From NCBI GenBank assembly GCA_963707985.1, contig CAVPRW010000022.1, positions 130,752 to 194,751 of the forward strand: 64,000 nucleotides of DNA, given 5' to 3'. This document shows positions 61,784 to 64,000 of the stretch, piece by piece. The position numbers and the translations under genes are program-made. The stretch is from an uncultured Nitrospinota bacterium (GTDB lineage Bacteria > Tectomicrobia > Entotheonellia > J063 > CAVPRW01). Each line of letters starts with the position of its first letter. Position 1 is the stretch's first letter. The notes beneath the pieces were generated by a model that worked only from the letters and a program-made list of their open reading frames with translations, searched no databases and was not told the origin of the DNA.

Positions 61784-62650
61784 ATGACCGAGCTTCGCAA
61801 GCGCATGATCGCGTGTCTTCAGCTCAGGGGCGTGTCTGAGCGTACGCAGGACCTGTACGTCCGGGCCGTGCGCCAACTGGCGGAACACTCGCGCAAGTCC
61901 CCAGACGTGAGCACGGAGGAAGAACTCCGACAATACTTCCTCTCCCTCAAGAATATCACGCACGACTCCCGCAGTGCGAGCACGATCGCGCGGTGCGGCA
62001 TCAAGTTCTGCTTCGCACAGACCCTCAACCGCGACTGGACCACCCGGAGCTGTGTTCGAGCCCCGCGCGAGCCAAAGCTGCCGGTGATCCTCAGCCTCGA
62101 AGCGGTCCGAAGGCGGCTCGGCTGCGTGCCACTGCCTCGCGACCGCGTGTGCCGCTCCACCATCTACGCCTGTGGTCTACGCCTGCAGGAAGGCACCCAT
62201 CTCCACGTGCGCGCTATCGAGCGCGCGCGCCGGCTCATCCCCGTCCGTCACGGGAAGGGCGGGAAAGATCGGTATGGCCCCTGGCCACACCGCACGCTGG
62301 CGCTGCTGCGCCAGTAGTGGGTGACGCATCGCCATCCCGTCTGGATCTTCCCGGCGCCGGGTCGCGGCGGGATCTCTCCGTCGACCACCACACACCCGCT
62401 GCCCAGGAGCCGTGTGCAGGGAGCGTTCCGGGAAGCCCTCCAAGACAGTGGCAGCCACACACACGCGTCGGTTCACACGCGGCGGCAGGCCTGGGCCACC
62501 CAGGTGCTCGAGGCTGGCCTCAATCTCCGGCTCATTCACGTGTATCTCGCACACAACTCTCCAACCACCACCAGCGGTTCCACACACCTGACGGCCAGAG
62601 CTGAACACCTCGGAGCGGAAGCCATCAACCGCCTCATGGGGGATCGGTGA
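61784..62650 (+). pseudogene. IS91-associated tyrosine recombinase (not IntI)
   Basis: KLPVILS, GLRLQE, GKGGKDR; TAG at 62315-62317; catalytic motifs mutated; no IntI-specific insertion. Confidence 0.85.
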
Positions 62651-63744
62651 TGGTGGAGATCGCGGACATTTGCCGCATCCATGGCCCCGCGTACCGCGCG
62701 CAATTCGGTGACCGGCGGCTTCCCAGTCACCAGCGGGCCATGCAGGACATTGAGCGGTGCCGCACGGAGCCGCGCGGCGGCCAAGTCTCTCACGGTGAGA
62801 CCTGCCGCGAGTACCAGTACAGCTACCACTCTTGTCAGCACAGGCCCGGTCCCAAGTGCCAGCAAGACCAGGCCGAGCACTGGCTCGACCACCCAAAGCC
62901 TCTGCTCCGGCCGGTCCCTCACGTCATGGTGACCTTGACGCTCCCTGGTGCACGCAGAGCGCTGGCCCGCCGCCACCAGAAGACCCTCTATCACCTCCTC
63001 TTGCGGCGCTCCTCCGAGGCCTTACAGGAACTGGCGTTGGATCCACGGTGCATCGGCGGCAGGATCGGGATGGTCGGGGGGCTCCAGACCTGGACCCGCG
63101 ATCTGCGCGACCATCCCCACGTGCATGACATCGTTGCCGGAGGAGGACTCTCAGCCGAGGGTCCCGGGCTGCCTGCCCGCCAAGACTTCCTGGTCCACGT
63201 CAAGCCCCGGTCGGTGCTCTTCCGCGCGAAGTTCCGAGAGCCACGGCCAACGACTGCTCTGTGCCCGCTCGTGGCTGCGCGCGTCTGGAACAAGGACTGG
63301 GTCGTGCACTGCGAGCCCGTCGGTAGTGGCGCGGCAGCCTGCCGATACCTGGCTCCGGACAGCTTTCGCGTCGCCATCAGCAACAACCGTATCCTCACGC
63401 TGGACGATGGCCACGTCACCTGTCAGTACACGGAAGCAGCCACTGATCAGATTCAATCCGCGACGGTGCCTGCGCAAGCGTGCATTCGTCGGTTTCTTCA
63501 GCACGTGCTGCCGGACCGATGCAGCAACGTGCGCTATGACGGCTGCCGCAGCCCTGGAAACCGACCTGTGCTCCACAGGGCCAGGGCAGTCCGCGGTGCC
63601 CGCACGGTCCCCACCACCACCCGAGCTCAACATGCAGAGGGCCAAGCACCCACTGAGGCGCGTGATGCGCCTCGGGGCCCCACGTGCGGGAGCATCTTGC
63701 TCCTGGTTGAAACCCTCCGGCGCAGAAGTCGATGGCCACCGTGA
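62647..63744 (+). pseudogene. IS91 family transposase with many missense changes
   Basis: Zn-binding remnant SCQHRPGPKCQ, HPHVH, YLAPDSFRVAISNNR, FLQHVLP. Confidence 0.85.
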
Positions 63745-64000
63745 GCCTGCGTGGACAGGCGCTCATCTCCTCTCCGCTAGGGCAGGCGCCCATGGTCGGT
63801 TTCGGCGTCCAGGGATCGGTGCCGCCTGGTGCGCGAAAAGCCTCCGCACCCACGGCTGGTGATGATTCATCCGGCGAACACGTACCGACTCACGTACCGA
63901 ATGGACGGCGCATCGACCGCATCGCACCCGACTGCAGGCGTTGTTGTGGTCACCATCGCCCCTCACCCGTCTGATTGAGGGACCAGTCCTCACCCCTCAT

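Larger units (their letters stand above)
61664..64000 (+). mobile_element. IS91-like element with tyrosine recombinase + HUH/Y2 transposase, degraded; right end not located
   Basis: Two overlapping genes typical of this element class; begins directly at attC R''. Confidence 0.8.

Noticed and set aside
61784..62650. Tyrosine recombinase at the array head as the integron integrase IntI
   Set aside because: It lacks the IntI-specific insertion, is coupled to an IS91 transposase, and no attI is recognisable.

Overview
High-GC bacterial chromosome segment. Gene content suggests a Ca. Tectomicrobia/Entotheonella-like environmental lineage, which is inference only. Housekeeping blocks are bshC-bshA, tRNA-Lys/tRNA-Leu-tig-clpP, tRNA-Val-thrS-rpmI-rplT-pheS-pheT-zapB-zapA, and a peptide/nickel ABC operon followed by a three-gene Co-type nitrile/thiocyanate-hydrolase-like cluster. 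Three accessory regions are interleaved: (i) a decayed island (about 9-19 kb) ending in a tyrosine integrase whose stop codon lies in tRNA-Lys; (ii) an island bounded by a duplicated tRNA-Val 5' half, carrying two TIR-FGE(CLec) paralogues, one with a DGR-variable-region-like tail; (iii) a 16-kb minus-strand integron cassette array (45.4-61.7 kb) with 8 recognisable attC sites (one with a degenerate R', one truncated to a half-site) and no IntI in the window. The attC sites are hit by four different mobile elements: an ORF-less group II intron in the L'' box, a 99-bp MITE, an IS91-like element abutting R'', and an IS481 7 bp from R''. The array also holds catabolic genes behind a shared 84-bp leader and a 132-bp ORF-less mini-cassette. 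Four unrelated IS copies appear decayed mostly by A:T->C:G transversions. Scattered single-base frameshifts in otherwise intact genes look like long-read errors.
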